A stretch of 64,000 nucleotides of DNA, from positions 2,108,001 through 2,172,000 of the forward strand of contig OZ361258.1 of assembly GCA_977018835.1 (NCBI GenBank), given 5' to 3'. The position numbers were made by a program, and so were the translations under genes. A model generated the notes under the pieces. It saw only the letters and a list, made by a program, of their open reading frames with translations, was not told the origin of the DNA and searched no databases. The number at the start of each line of letters is the position of its first letter. Position 1 is the stretch's first letter. Positions 49,017 to 59,645 of this stretch are shown one piece after another. The stretch comes from Minutocellus sp. GHC0000111 (taxonomy: Eukaryota).

Positions 49017-50399
49017 TTAGAGAGAAAACAACTCATCGGTGGTGCCCTGCTCGAAGTAGATCCCAACAATGGCAATCAATGTGTTGAGGATGGACACAAC
49101 GCCAGAGTTACTACCGGTAGATCTACTCCCTCCTCCTTCTCTCTTCATGATCGTCCCATCCCCATTGTCGTCCCCACCCCTAGTGGCCAAAATCCCCACC
49201 CTGATCCCAGCCCTTCGAATGCAGCACTCCCTCAACAATCGTCGCAGCATCGCGGCATCATCCCGGTGCAGCGGCTTGGCCAGCCGGGCCAGCAAGCCGT
49301 ACAGCCACCGGGCCCGACTGGTCGTCATGGCATACGTGGTATGGTTGTAGTTGCCCACCTCCTCACCGCCGCCGTCAACGCCATCGCATACGTACGACAC
49401 GTGATGGGCCAGGACCCTCCGGACCATGACCTGATCCATCTGACAGAGCAGCGCCGTGCTCGGCGGATGGCCGGCCGCGGGTATGTTGTCCCGCCACGGT
49501 TCCATCTTTTTGGTGGATATGCCATCCATCATATTGCTCTCCTCGTCGTCATCTTCATCATGGTCATCATCCTGATAATACCCCTGCGCCTCGTCCCTGC
49601 CCAGACAAAACACGTGCCAATCCTCCCGTGCCCTCATGGGCGGCACCGGCATTCTGCTGCTACTGCTATTACTGCCCACCCCGCTTCCTGGTTGCTTCTT
49701 GCTCCCAATCTGTCCCTCGACGCACGCATCGAGATAAAGCCGCAGCTTGGAGAAGTCGTAGAGAGTGGCGTCGATCCAGGACGATGAGGAGGAGGCTGAT
49801 GCATATGCCGATGCTGGCAGATGAGCGGCAGACGGAGGGCGGGGCAGGTCTGTCCGATGCGACAGCAGATAGGCCAGGGAGCCGCTGATTCCGACGTTGT
49901 TGGATGGCAGAGGCTGCTTGGTCGTACTGGCACTGGCACTGGCACATGAATTGCCGGTCGTCCCTGCTGTTGTCAAGGAGGATGAGGCGGTTGCATCGCG
50001 GACAGGCTCGGCAATCTCCCCCTCTTCCTCTTCGTCGTACTCGTCCTCTCCGTCTTCTTGTGTCTGCTGACCATTATTTCCATCACCATCATTTCCACTA
50101 TTCGCACCGGCACCATCGCCACCACCCGCCGCCGCCGCGACAAAGACGTCGCCCAACCCCCGCGCTTCCTCGTGGACCCGACCGATGAACTCCATGGCCG
50201 ACATGGCGCCGAGGTCCTCGATGCGTTGTTTGCCGGACATCATCGTCATTGTGGAGCCGGCGGTATTATTCATATCGCCATAATCGCCATCATTGTTATC
50301 ATTGCTGTCGGCGGCATTATCATCGCCACGCTGCTGCCGGTCGCGACGGCGCTTCCTGGAGCGGGAGGGCGGGAGGGGAAGGCACGGTTGGAGCGACAT
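49017..50399 (-). CDS. GEMIN2: Gem-associated protein 2 (SMN complex, SIP1/Brr1 family)
   Basis: AMEFIGRVHEEARGLGDVFVA, DFSKLR, PPMRAREDWHVFC, PSTALLCQMDQ, RWLYGLLARLAKPL, LRRLLREC, LNTLIAIVGIYFEQ. Confidence 0.88.
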   Translation of the reverse strand: MSLQPCLPLPPSRSRKRRRDRQQRGDDNAADSNDNNDGDYGDMNNTAGSTMTMMSGKQRIEDLGAMSAMEFIGRVHEEARGLGDVFVAAAAGGGDGAGANSGNDGDGNNGQQTQEDGEDEYDEEEEGEIAEPVRDATASSSLTTAGTTGNSCASASASTTKQPLPSNNVGISGSLAYLLSHRTDLPRPPSAAHLPASAYASASSSSSWIDATLYDFSKLRLYLDACVEGQIGSKKQPGSGVGSNSSSSRMPVPPMRAREDWHVFCLGRDEAQGYYQDDDHDEDDDEESNMMDGISTKKMEPWRDNIPAAGHPPSTALLCQMDQVMVRRVLAHHVSYVCDGVDGGGEEVGNYNHTTYAMTTSRARWLYGLLARLAKPLHRDDAAMLRRLLRECCIRRAGIRVGILATRGGDDNGDGTIMKREGGGSRSTGSNSGVVSILNTLIAIVGIYFEQGTTDELFSL

Positions 50400-50602
50400 G
50401 GCGTTTTGATGTGACTTGTGGTGCAAACTCGCTCATTCTGGCAGGATCAGGCGGTGTGTACTCTTGTCAGTGTTTCCGGGTTTTTTCTGGCTTCGCTTGC
50501 TTGCTTGCTTTGCCTTGCTTGAGCTCTTGCGGCTTGCTTTCGCCCTCACAATTCGAGCAAACGCCACCACACGACATCAACTGATCAACACAATCAACCA
50601 TC

Positions 50603-52107
50603 ATGGTCAAGTCGGGACGGGGCAGATACAACACCGGCCACTGGACGGACGACGAGAGCCGCCTCCTCCACGTCGGCCTCGAGCGCCACGGCCGGGATTG
50701 GGTCGCCATCAGCCGCGTCGTCGGGACCAGGTGCGTATTCGCATTGCAACCGTCGAAAAGTTTTTGGCCATGATTTTGATGTGTCGTTTTTTGGGTTCCC
50801 AGGAGGGAATGCGTGCGCAAGATACCGGTACTTCCACGGACGGCAGATGCAATCCAATTGGTTCATAATATCTTTCGGTATCTGGTGGCATCGGTTCGGT
50901 GCGTCGGGAGGGTCTCCGTATCCGTCAGTCTCAGAAGTGCACGTTACGTGCCGGAATCCTCCAAAGATACGCCCAGAAGAATATAGAAATGAACGAACAC
51001 GAACTCCAATTGGAATGAGATGGGAGGCACCAATCACGATACCGGATGACACAAATAATAGGTCCAGAAGTCGCGTATCCATTTGTTGGTTCGGTATCTG
51101 AAGGATTCTGGCCGGTATCTGCGTATCTTCTAATCTGATCCATCATCATGATTGCAGAACGTTTTATTTATTTTTTTCCGATTGATTCGATTCTAAGTAA
51201 CTCACTCTCCCACCCTCTCATATATATATCACAACAATAAAACCTCAGGACCCCCATCCAGGTCAAGTCCAAGCACCAGAAGGTCGCGCTCCGAATCGCC
51301 TTCGAGGAGGCGGCCGCCAAGGCCATGGCCGCCGCCTTTGCCAACGACACCGAGCACGTCCACAACAACCACGACGTCGATGATCCTCAAGGTGACCCCC
51401 AAGACGATCCCCAAGGTGAAGGCCTCCGTCGGAGCCTCCGCCGTCGTCGTTCCGTGTCGTACGCCGACGATGGCGCTGCCGACGATGTCGATGATGACGG
51501 AGATGGTGATGGTGGTGACGTATCTTCCCGCCGTCGAGTCCGTCGTCGTATCATGCCCAGTAACCTCGAGCTCAACCTTCAACTTCAGGAGGAGGAGGAA
51601 GAAGAAGAAGAGAATGCCGTTGGAGATAACGAGGAGGACGACATCAGTCTGCGGGAAGACGATGACGATGAAGACGACGACTTCAGCGACTACGAGGAGA
51701 ACGGCGGTCCACCGGTCGACGTCCTCGCCCTCCGTTATCGCATCCGAGAGGAAGCGGCCGCCAACCGAGCCGCCTCGGCCACCAACTCCACCGCCTACAA
51801 TCATTTTTCCGTCCTCCCCCCACCTCCTGGCGTCCTCCCTCCCGAGCTCGGCATCCAGCAGCAGGCCAACGAGGTGGAAGAGAGGGCTGCCGCCGCCGCT
51901 GCTGCTGCCTCTGCCGTCGTGGTCTCCCCTCCTCCCTTCGCCCTCCCCCGCTTCACGTCCGCCCCACCCACTCGTGCCAGCTTCGGCGGCCGTATGGGCA
52001 TGATGGGCAACCTCGTCGCTCCCCGGGCCATCTACGTCGCCGACGCCGTCATCGAGGATGAGGATGAGCTCCGCCGTGAGGCCGCCGAGGCCCTCATGCT
52101 CCTCTAG
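50603..52107 (+). CDS. Single-repeat Myb (SHAQKYF-like) transcription factor; intron 50731-51248
   Basis: Exon 1 MVKSGRGRYNTGHWTDDESRLLHVGLERHGRDWVAISRVVGT-R splices to exon 2 TPIQVKSKHQK, in frame with ORF 51325..52107 (acidic tail, ends EAAEALMLL). Confidence 0.85.
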
Positions 52108-52826
52108 AGTACAAGTGAACTGTCGGTCCGGAACATCCATTCAAGATCTACCCATCCACTCACTTTTTCCCAATCCTTTTTTGTACGCAGGAGGTGAAAT
52201 CCAACATCGGGAGGTGGCAATCCCTTTCCCTCCCCATCATTTCTCTTTCCAGGCACCCCTTGATATATACTTTTTCTAACCTCGTTGCTGATGATACGAT
52301 AGAACGATAACGATTCATTACCTTTTTTTACACATACCCCCATTCCACTTTATATTTTTCTTTCACATCCAATCAGATCGTCATACACTGTATACATGTA
52401 GATCAAATCAACGCGGTGGATCAACCTCAACGTATCCGACAATCCCATCGCCATCACATCTACCTACGAGTACCTACCGGTACAGCTTTGTGCAGCTCAG
52501 CCACCGGTTACAAAAAGAACGAAAGCTCTACATTCGTTTGTACATGCAATGTCCTGTCGGAACAGCACTCTTCCAATTGGTATCGGATCGCCAACCTCTC
52601 TGCACTTTTATCTATCAAATTTGGTACTAGTAGCGGTCCTATATTTTATTTGGAGTTACCGGTAGCAGAGGGTCTACCATGCGCTCAGCAGGGATGTCTC
52701 TCTACCGCATGCCCCCTCTTATCTTCTCTTTTGTGTTCTATTGTCTGGAATACTTTTGTTCTCGGTTTGCTCCTGTTCCATTACCGGTACGCTACAGTAG
52801 ATCTGCTGCATATATGTATACATATA

Positions 52827-53257
52827 TGTTAGTCCCAAAATGCGCACTGTCCCAGTTTGCGAACTGGGATTTATTTATCCCAGTTTGGAAACTGGGATCA
52901 CAGGCACAATCTCAGTTTGCAAACTGGGATCGATCGAGAAATAATGAATATTTAGCAAGGATGATATCGCCTTTGCTTCTCCTCGCTTCATTTTTTAATT
53001 TGCAAATTCAAGATGTGATGCACAGTGCAACTTGTATTGTAGATAGATCTACCAGTACATGAGTTCGCGAACTCGTCTGGTTCCCATATTCGGATTAGCT
53101 AATTTATCTCAGTTTACATTCTGGTAGTATCAGTGCGCAAACTGGGATCCTAGTTTGGGAACTGGGGCCCAGTGCGCAAACTGGGATAAATGAATCTCAG
53201 TTCGCAAACTGGGATCCCAGTTCGCGAACTGGGACAGTGCGCATTTTGGGACTAACA
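52827..53257. mobile_element. MITE / non-autonomous DNA transposon, 431 bp
   Basis: TIR TGTTAGTCCCAAAATGCGCACTGTCCCAGTT(T/C)GCGAACTGGGAT at both ends (1 mismatch); TATA on both flanks; about 8 subterminal palindromic CCCAGTTTGCGAACTGGG-like repeats. Confidence 0.92.
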
Positions 53258-53631
53258 TATATATAACTTTGGTCTTCGCCAGCTGACCTTCAAAGCAAGC
53301 AGCAGAGTTAGAAACACAACAATCAACCTTCAAACCTCAAAACACGTGATGTTGCCACGGTGGTACGTACGTGTACCGGTACATTTATATATACATGTAT
53401 AGAAGTTGTGACTACGGTATGTAGATATTGGATTTCCTAATCTACGTAGCTTCCGGTAGATCTAGCTAGGTCTTTGATCCACCGGTCGGTGCAGGGACTC
53501 CGTCAAATCCTCAGGCAGGGCAGTCGAGCTGACTGTCGGCGAAGTTCCAAAAAGCCTCTCAAAAACCATTTTTGCCATTTCCTCCTCCTCGGACATTCTT
53601 CCATTTCCATAGCACACAGTCTTGATCACCA

Positions 53632-54711
53632 ATGGCCCGCCGACGTCGAATTGGTGGCCTCCTCTCGGCCACCGCCGCCTCGGCGGTGTCCCTCGCCTCG
53701 GTCTTCTCGACCCGTAGCACTATCGTGGCCGTTGCCGGGCAATGCGACATTGAGATACCAGCCATAATAACATACTCAAATTACGACCGACTCATGAAGC
53801 AACGTCAGGACTGCGAGGCCAAGGCGGCCGAGGCGGCCAAGCAGCAGGCCGTCCTGGACGAGTACGCCGAGCAGGTCCTGTCGGGCACGTGCGGCGGGTA
53901 CGTCATTCCGTTTATAGAGACCGTCTTCGTCAGTCTATATGGCGAGGCGGCCGTCCAGGAGCAGTGGACGAATCGCGTCCAGAGGGTGTTTCTCGACACC
54001 ATGCTCGACGTCCTCAATGAGTGCACGGACGATTGTGTCATAGTCGATAGCCTGGAACTCGAAGTGGTCGAGGTGAACACCTTTAGTGTCGATGCGGTCT
54101 TTGGTGGCGGGGACGGGCGGTATCTGGCCGATCTCGGCGATGAGCTTTACATGGCCGACGATGGGGAGACCATGACCAGCACATACCTTCTCGCCAACGC
54201 CGCCAACGGTACCGCAGCAGCTGCTACTATCGGCGGTGAGGAGGGACGGCAATTGCAGGACTCCAAGCGGAAGAAAACCAGCGATCGCCGTAGGAAATCC
54301 CGTGGCAAGCGCAACGTTGCCAAAATCAAGGCTAGAGGACGGAACAGCAGCGGTCGTCGAGCCAGCCTGCTCTCCAAGCGGGGCAAGACCTCTGACGTCA
54401 TCAAGGGCGGTGGCGACGGTCGCCGTCACCTCGAGGGGGAGGCCGACGCTGGCGAATGCGGCGCCCTCCTCATGGACCGCCTGGCCGACACCGGCATCGA
54501 TATCTTCCGGTGCATCGCCAACGTCGAGCTGACGTCGTACAACCCCGTCCAATGCATCGGCGGGCAGCTCATCAATACTATCACTGGTGACGCAATTGAT
54601 GAGATGGGCCGGTCGCCACAGCAGACGCAAGGGCAATCAGACACGATCATGGCGGCCCAGGTGGAGGATGAAGTCCCTGTACCAAGGGGGAGGAATCGTC
54701 CGAGAGATTGA
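53632..54711 (+). CDS. Probable secreted RxL-containing protein, paralogous to 2838..4345
   Basis: Basic-then-hydrophobic N-terminus; GRYL, GRQL, RRHL sites; Cys spacing and basic block shared with the 2838 gene. Confidence 0.65.
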   Translation: MARRRRIGGLLSATAASAVSLASVFSTRSTIVAVAGQCDIEIPAIITYSNYDRLMKQRQDCEAKAAEAAKQQAVLDEYAEQVLSGTCGGYVIPFIETVFVSLYGEAAVQEQWTNRVQRVFLDTMLDVLNECTDDCVIVDSLELEVVEVNTFSVDAVFGGGDGRYLADLGDELYMADDGETMTSTYLLANAANGTAAAATIGGEEGRQLQDSKRKKTSDRRRKSRGKRNVAKIKARGRNSSGRRASLLSKRGKTSDVIKGGGDGRRHLEGEADAGECGALLMDRLADTGIDIFRCIANVELTSYNPVQCIGGQLINTITGDAIDEMGRSPQQTQGQSDTIMAAQVEDEVPVPRGRNRPRD

Positions 54712-55637
54712 TACGTTTCTCCTTTTGGTACGAAACTGTAAAGAGAATATCGGGACGACGACAGGAGGAGGGCTTGTTCTCTGATGCTAATGTTGAGATA
54801 AAGCTTAAAACCCAACATGTAATGAATTTATGATCACTACGTGCACATGTCGGAATGATTGAAACATTCACTTCTCAATCCCCAGTTGGTTCTTCTTTCC
54901 TCTCGCGACCTTTTCCAGCCAGAGCGTGGGAGAGCGCGCTCCCCCCCCCCCCAGCCTCTTCTGGTGGTGTGGTCTCTCTCTCGTCCGCACAAGCAAGATG
55001 AGCACGTGGCATTTGAGGAAACAATTTCAGCGGGTTGAGAAAACCGACTGCTCTTGTATCGGTAGATCTACATTCATGTGCCGAGCCATTACGGCCCTAC
55101 ATGTAAAAAATTTCAGATCGATGATCTCAAATCCTCAAGAAGTCAGAAGGCGCTGAAGGACCGTCTCACACCCATGACTTATTCGACTGTAGTCATCGGC
55201 GACTCGACTCGCTCGACTTAGCTAGAGAGACACAACAAGAAGGAAAAAGCTTCCGGCGAGAGAGGCTTTTAGCCAAAGCTCCTCATAACAGTTTAGTGCC
55301 GGATGATGGCCGAATTAGCTCGGATGGCGTATCTTTGCATGCCAGCAAAACGGCAGCCGAAGACGGCGCCTATTTCCGTCTGGATTAGCCAGCGCCGTCT
55401 TCTATTTCCATTTGATTGTAGCATGGGAATCGTATATTCATTCTATTGGAGCATCGGAATCGATCGAATCTGATCATTGTTCGATCTAAATCAAATCGAC
55501 TTTGACGACTCGAATCCTCCTTCCTGGAGTTCGCTTCTGGATCTTTTGATCTCGGATTGCTCATTCATCGCCCGATCACAAATCCAACAAAGCAATCAAC
55601 TTGATTTCATACGACCATACCACCATCCCCCGTCACT

Positions 55638-56921
55638 ATGATTGTATCTCCTCGAGCCTTCATTGCATCTCTCCTGATGCTATCGGCAGCACCCGTATCC
55701 ATCACCGCTGCCGAGACTCACATCGCCGACTGTTCCGGCATCGCCTCCTCGGCCGGATCAACTTCGGACTGCTGCAACTGCATTTGCGGTCATGATCAGT
55801 GCGCCGTATTCCAACGTTTTGGAGAAGAACTCACTTGTCTTCCCGACCGTGTGCACTGTTACGACCCTCTGGACACGGAGGAAGACGACACTCCTCTCGA
55901 GCAGCACCAGGAGGAGGGAGAGTGGGTCCTGCAAGATGCCGACGTCGATACTACCACGATTGTCGCCAACCCCAAGGCCAGGGTCATATCGCCCCATCTT
56001 CTGCAATGCAGACAAACTCCCATCATGCCAGGCAAGACGGAAGAGTGCTGCCAATGTGCTTGCTCTACGTCATCTTGCGCAGTGTTCAAGTCCTTCGGCG
56101 AGGAACTTGTTTGCGATCCTCTCAAGATACATTGCTACGACGATGATGACGACGACAAGGAGACCTTTGACGATGCCGAAGGCGAATGGGTCGAGACCAT
56201 CAAGGAGGGCGAACAAGCCGATAAGTTTGCCATGTGCCTCGACATCGATATTCCCTCTGCCTCCCAAACCGAAGACTGCTGTGAGTGTGCGTGTGGCACC
56301 AGCGAATGTGCCATCTTCAAGACGGCCGGTAAGGATCTGGAGTGCAATGCCGCGAATATCCATTGCTACGAGCCCGATGAGGATGACGACGACGATGATG
56401 GTAGCTGCCTCGACGTTGCGATTCCCGACGATACATCGACTGATGATTGCTGTGAGTGTGTATGCGGCCACAGCTTCTGCTCCGGTTTCAAGGTTCCTGG
56501 AAAGCCCCTAACTTGCGATGCATCCAAGGTCCACTGCTTCGACGAATCCACCTACAATGACGACTCGGATGACACCAAGAAGCAGGAGGCCAACGCCATC
56601 GCCACTTCCGATGGAGGCGAGGGCAGTACCTCGCCTATGCTCGCGGATTGCTCAGCCGTCGGTGTTGCTCTGGACGATACGCGTTCCTGCTGCGAATGCG
56701 CCTGTGGCCATCACGAATGCGCCATCTATCACTCGATCGGCTCGGAGCTTACCTGTGATAAGCTCAAGATCCATTGCTATAGCCAGGAGGATGAGGATGA
56801 CGACGGCGCTTCTGGTGCATTCTTGGAGGCAAAGGAGTCATCCAGCGCATCGCATTTGACTGGGATGGCCGCGCTCACAGCAGCAGCCGCAGCCATGGCC
56901 CTTTCGTCCTTCGTGGTATGA
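55638..56921 (+). CDS. Secreted, possibly GPI-anchored protein with five 8-Cys repeats and acidic linkers
   Basis: Signal peptide MIVSPRAFIASLLMLSAAPVSITA; 5 copies of C-x11/13-CCxCxC-x4-C-x9-LxC-x5-HC[YF]; C-terminal SSSAS followed by a hydrophobic tail. Confidence 0.85.
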   Translation: MIVSPRAFIASLLMLSAAPVSITAAETHIADCSGIASSAGSTSDCCNCICGHDQCAVFQRFGEELTCLPDRVHCYDPLDTEEDDTPLEQHQEEGEWVLQDADVDTTTIVANPKARVISPHLLQCRQTPIMPGKTEECCQCACSTSSCAVFKSFGEELVCDPLKIHCYDDDDDDKETFDDAEGEWVETIKEGEQADKFAMCLDIDIPSASQTEDCCECACGTSECAIFKTAGKDLECNAANIHCYEPDEDDDDDDGSCLDVAIPDDTSTDDCCECVCGHSFCSGFKVPGKPLTCDASKVHCFDESTYNDDSDDTKKQEANAIATSDGGEGSTSPMLADCSAVGVALDDTRSCCECACGHHECAIYHSIGSELTCDKLKIHCYSQEDEDDDGASGAFLEAKESSSASHLTGMAALTAAAAAMALSSFVV

Positions 56922-57326
56922 GCATGAATAGATACGATATCATATGGTATGTACCAGCTCTTCATAGAATTCAATGGGATAGCAAAGGTAGCATTTTGCG
57001 AAAAGAAAATGTAATATTAGATTCATGTATAAAACCTTTGTAGATTCATATCCTCTTGTGTTCAACCATATCGCATTTTATGCGATATGGCCCATGGCCT
57101 TGAAAGGTAATCAGTGTATACGATAAAGGTATCAATAAGATGGTAGCCCAAATATCGATTAAAACTGCATGCAGCATTTGTTTTTATCCCTGTTATTTTT
57201 ACAGATACTTGTGAGAATAATATGAAGCAGGAGAGCTTCATCCCATCCCTTTTAGTACTTGAACTTGCTTGCCGTCACCGAATGAAAACGGCTCAACATC
57301 TGATCTTCATTCTCAGCCAGGCTGCC

Positions 57327-59318
57327 TCACGTGGTCGTGAGAACCCACTTCAACACTTCGTGAGTGCCCTTTTGAACCTCCTTGCAAAGGGACAAAACTT
57401 CATCCGGGATGCCATCGTCCTCGACCGAAACAAGTCCCAAACGAGAGTAAAAGGCCTTGGCGCTGGCCCACTTCGACGCCTCGGTGTCCTTATCATTGCC
57501 ATTCTCGTCGCCGGTATAGTCCGGCATCATCGATGGGATGCCCACCTCGAGGTAGATATTCTGGGCGCCAAATCCTCTGGCCAGATGCCTGACTGTTTCT
57601 AGCAAATATCTCGAGTATCCCCTCTTCATGTACTGTTTGTCCTTGTTGGTTGCGAGCCATGGAACCCACCAATCTTCGCTCCCCTCGATGCGCTGGAACA
57701 TTACAAAAGAAAGACATGTGCACTTGCGGCCGGGCTTGCACATGACGAGAGTGTGGTATAAATCCGACGAGACCTCCAGTTCAAGCGCATCAACCTTCTC
57801 CGTCCCGCCAATTTCTTCCTTGCTCACTTCGAAATGATCCCTAAGGGTAGATTTGCCGTTTGCAAGAGCATCCATGACCCCAGGAATCTGGTACATGTAT
57901 TCACGAGGAGACGATCTGGGCGGGAGGAAAGTCAATTTGGCCATGATGCGATCCTTGCCAACCCCATTTACGTCGATCTGGGCAATCTTGTCATCGAAAA
58001 TTCCATCTCCAATCGTTTGAATGTACGGCAGGTCGAACTCAGGACGAACTTTTGGTGCGGCCTTGGCACTCTCCTCGTCATCACCGTCCACGTCCACGGC
58101 GGATAGGTCCTCCTCGTGTTCCGGAATCTTTCTACCGTCGACGCTGTCGTCATTTTCATCACTGCCGATGCGGATGTCAATACCAACACCATCAACAACC
58201 TCATCGCCCTTGGTGTTATTGCTGGGACTATCATCCCCGCTGATTGGCAGATCCGCAATCGAGGTTGGTGATGGCGCCGACGGCACCATGAACTGCGTCC
58301 CAGGGGGGGACTTGGCCGCGCTGATCGGCGCTAACGACGTATTGACCTGTCCCTCCTTGGCAACGTCCATCATCTCATCCTCGGCCATCGCCTTGGTTGG
58401 GTTGCCACTGGTGCTAGCTGAAGCAGTGGATTCGGCATTGCTACTAGTATCCTTCGTGTTGCCTTTGGTAGGTGTGGCTGTGGTATCATCGGCCTTGATA
58501 TCGTCAGCCTTCCTGCTGACGCCCATCGTCATTGCAGGTGCTTGAGCAGCTGGACGGCTTTTTGGCGCAACTCCACTGGGATTAGCACTGGTCGCGCTCG
58601 CAGAGCTCAGAGCAGAAGTGGCACAGGCCGCAAACATCGCCGCTGCATTTGCATGTGCCGAGGCCATCGCCATCATGTTGCTCCAGTCCATGCTGGTCGC
58701 ATTGGTGCTGGAAGTGGCAGCGCCAGGGAAGATACCGGTACCACCTGGTGGCATCGTCATCATGGCCGGCATGCTAGCCATACCAGTACCCGCCGTCATC
58801 GTGCCCGACACTGGCACACCAGTAGTAAACGCCGGAATCCCCGTCATTGCCATCATTTGCGTCATTTGTGCCGTCATTGCTGCCATCATGTGCTGGTTTC
58901 CAGCATTGGTCGCGGTGGCGCCGAGTGCTGACGTGCTGACAGGCTGGGCAACGGGCGGGGGTCGATTGGTATGCTTATTTGCTAGCAGAATGAAGGCGTT
59001 ACTGACAATGTCGTCCGGGCGCATGTAGGGCTGCTTCTCGACCATCTCCATTATGTCGTCCAAAATTAGGCTGATGGATTCCTCGTTCATCTGTGCTTCC
59101 TCGAGGGCATTGCGGATCTTCTTCTCACGTGCCTTGTTTGCAATACTCACAGAGTTTTTCCTACGATAAACACTACTATACTCTCTGTCCCTGATCTTCT
59201 TCCTCTCCGCCTTGTCGTCGAGACGCTCTTCTTCGCATTCACCACCACCACCACCACAACAGAGCCTTGTTGCGGAGGTGACGTCCCGGCGATCATCTCC
59301 TCCTCTGGCTCTCTTCAT
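57327..59318 (-). CDS. Protein with N-terminal basic helical region, low-complexity linker and C-terminal GNAT acetyltransferase domain
   Basis: WWVPWLAT...YMKRGYSRYLLE (acetyl-CoA loop-like), GAQNIYLEV, AKAFYSRLGL; N-terminal ERKKIRDREYSSVYRRK. Confidence 0.7.
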   Translation of the reverse strand: MKRARGGDDRRDVTSATRLCCGGGGGECEEERLDDKAERKKIRDREYSSVYRRKNSVSIANKAREKKIRNALEEAQMNEESISLILDDIMEMVEKQPYMRPDDIVSNAFILLANKHTNRPPPVAQPVSTSALGATATNAGNQHMMAAMTAQMTQMMAMTGIPAFTTGVPVSGTMTAGTGMASMPAMMTMPPGGTGIFPGAATSSTNATSMDWSNMMAMASAHANAAAMFAACATSALSSASATSANPSGVAPKSRPAAQAPAMTMGVSRKADDIKADDTTATPTKGNTKDTSSNAESTASASTSGNPTKAMAEDEMMDVAKEGQVNTSLAPISAAKSPPGTQFMVPSAPSPTSIADLPISGDDSPSNNTKGDEVVDGVGIDIRIGSDENDDSVDGRKIPEHEEDLSAVDVDGDDEESAKAAPKVRPEFDLPYIQTIGDGIFDDKIAQIDVNGVGKDRIMAKLTFLPPRSSPREYMYQIPGVMDALANGKSTLRDHFEVSKEEIGGTEKVDALELEVSSDLYHTLVMCKPGRKCTCLSFVMFQRIEGSEDWWVPWLATNKDKQYMKRGYSRYLLETVRHLARGFGAQNIYLEVGIPSMMPDYTGDENGNDKDTEASKWASAKAFYSRLGLVSVEDDGIPDEVLSLCKEVQKGTHEVLKWVLTTT

Positions 59319-59535
59319 TGTTCCGGCATATGTGCGGTTTTGGATTTCGTTGTCTGAACCTGGTGCGGTCTACGCTCTATCGATGCCCTGGCTGCGGCAG
59401 ACATGGACCTCTACTTAGCAGCACCTATTCCACGATACCAGAGTACAAGGCAGCCATGCACGAGCAATGACTAACGACGGCTGGTCGGCTGGCCATGATC
59501 TCAATAAGGTTTTCCGAGTCGAGTCGAATAAGTCC

Positions 59536-59591
59536 AAAGCGATTGTTACACCACGTCATGAAGAAAGCGATTGTTACTCCACGTCATGAAG
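59536..59591. repeat. 28-bp tandem duplication in a divergent promoter, each copy containing ACGTCA (TGACGT)
   Basis: AAAGCGATTGTTAC(A/T)CCACGTCATGAAG x2, between the ATG at 59318 (-) and the ATG at 59646 (+). Confidence 0.9.
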
Positions 59592-59645
59592 AAGTTTGCA
59601 AAACTCTCGAAAGTACATAATGTGTCATAACCTCATTATCTTCAC

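Noticed and set aside
50815..51125. Possible MITE inside the long Myb intron (AGATACCGG...CCGGTATCT)
   Set aside because: Only about 9 bp of perfect inverted match and no convincing TSD
52840..53240. CRISPR-like array of palindromic repeats
   Set aside because: Repeats are irregularly spaced without unique spacers, enclosed by TIRs, eukaryotic context, no cas genes; it is a MITE
55638..56921. Calling the Cys-repeat protein a frustulin or metallothionein
   Set aside because: It lacks the frustulin CE/QGDCD motif, and has secretion and anchor signals unlike metallothioneins
57066..57090. 11-bp-stem hairpin CCATATCGCAT-TTT-ATGCGATATGG as a Helitron 3' end or terminator
   Set aside because: No CTRR terminus at the expected distance; an isolated hairpin between convergent genes is not diagnostic
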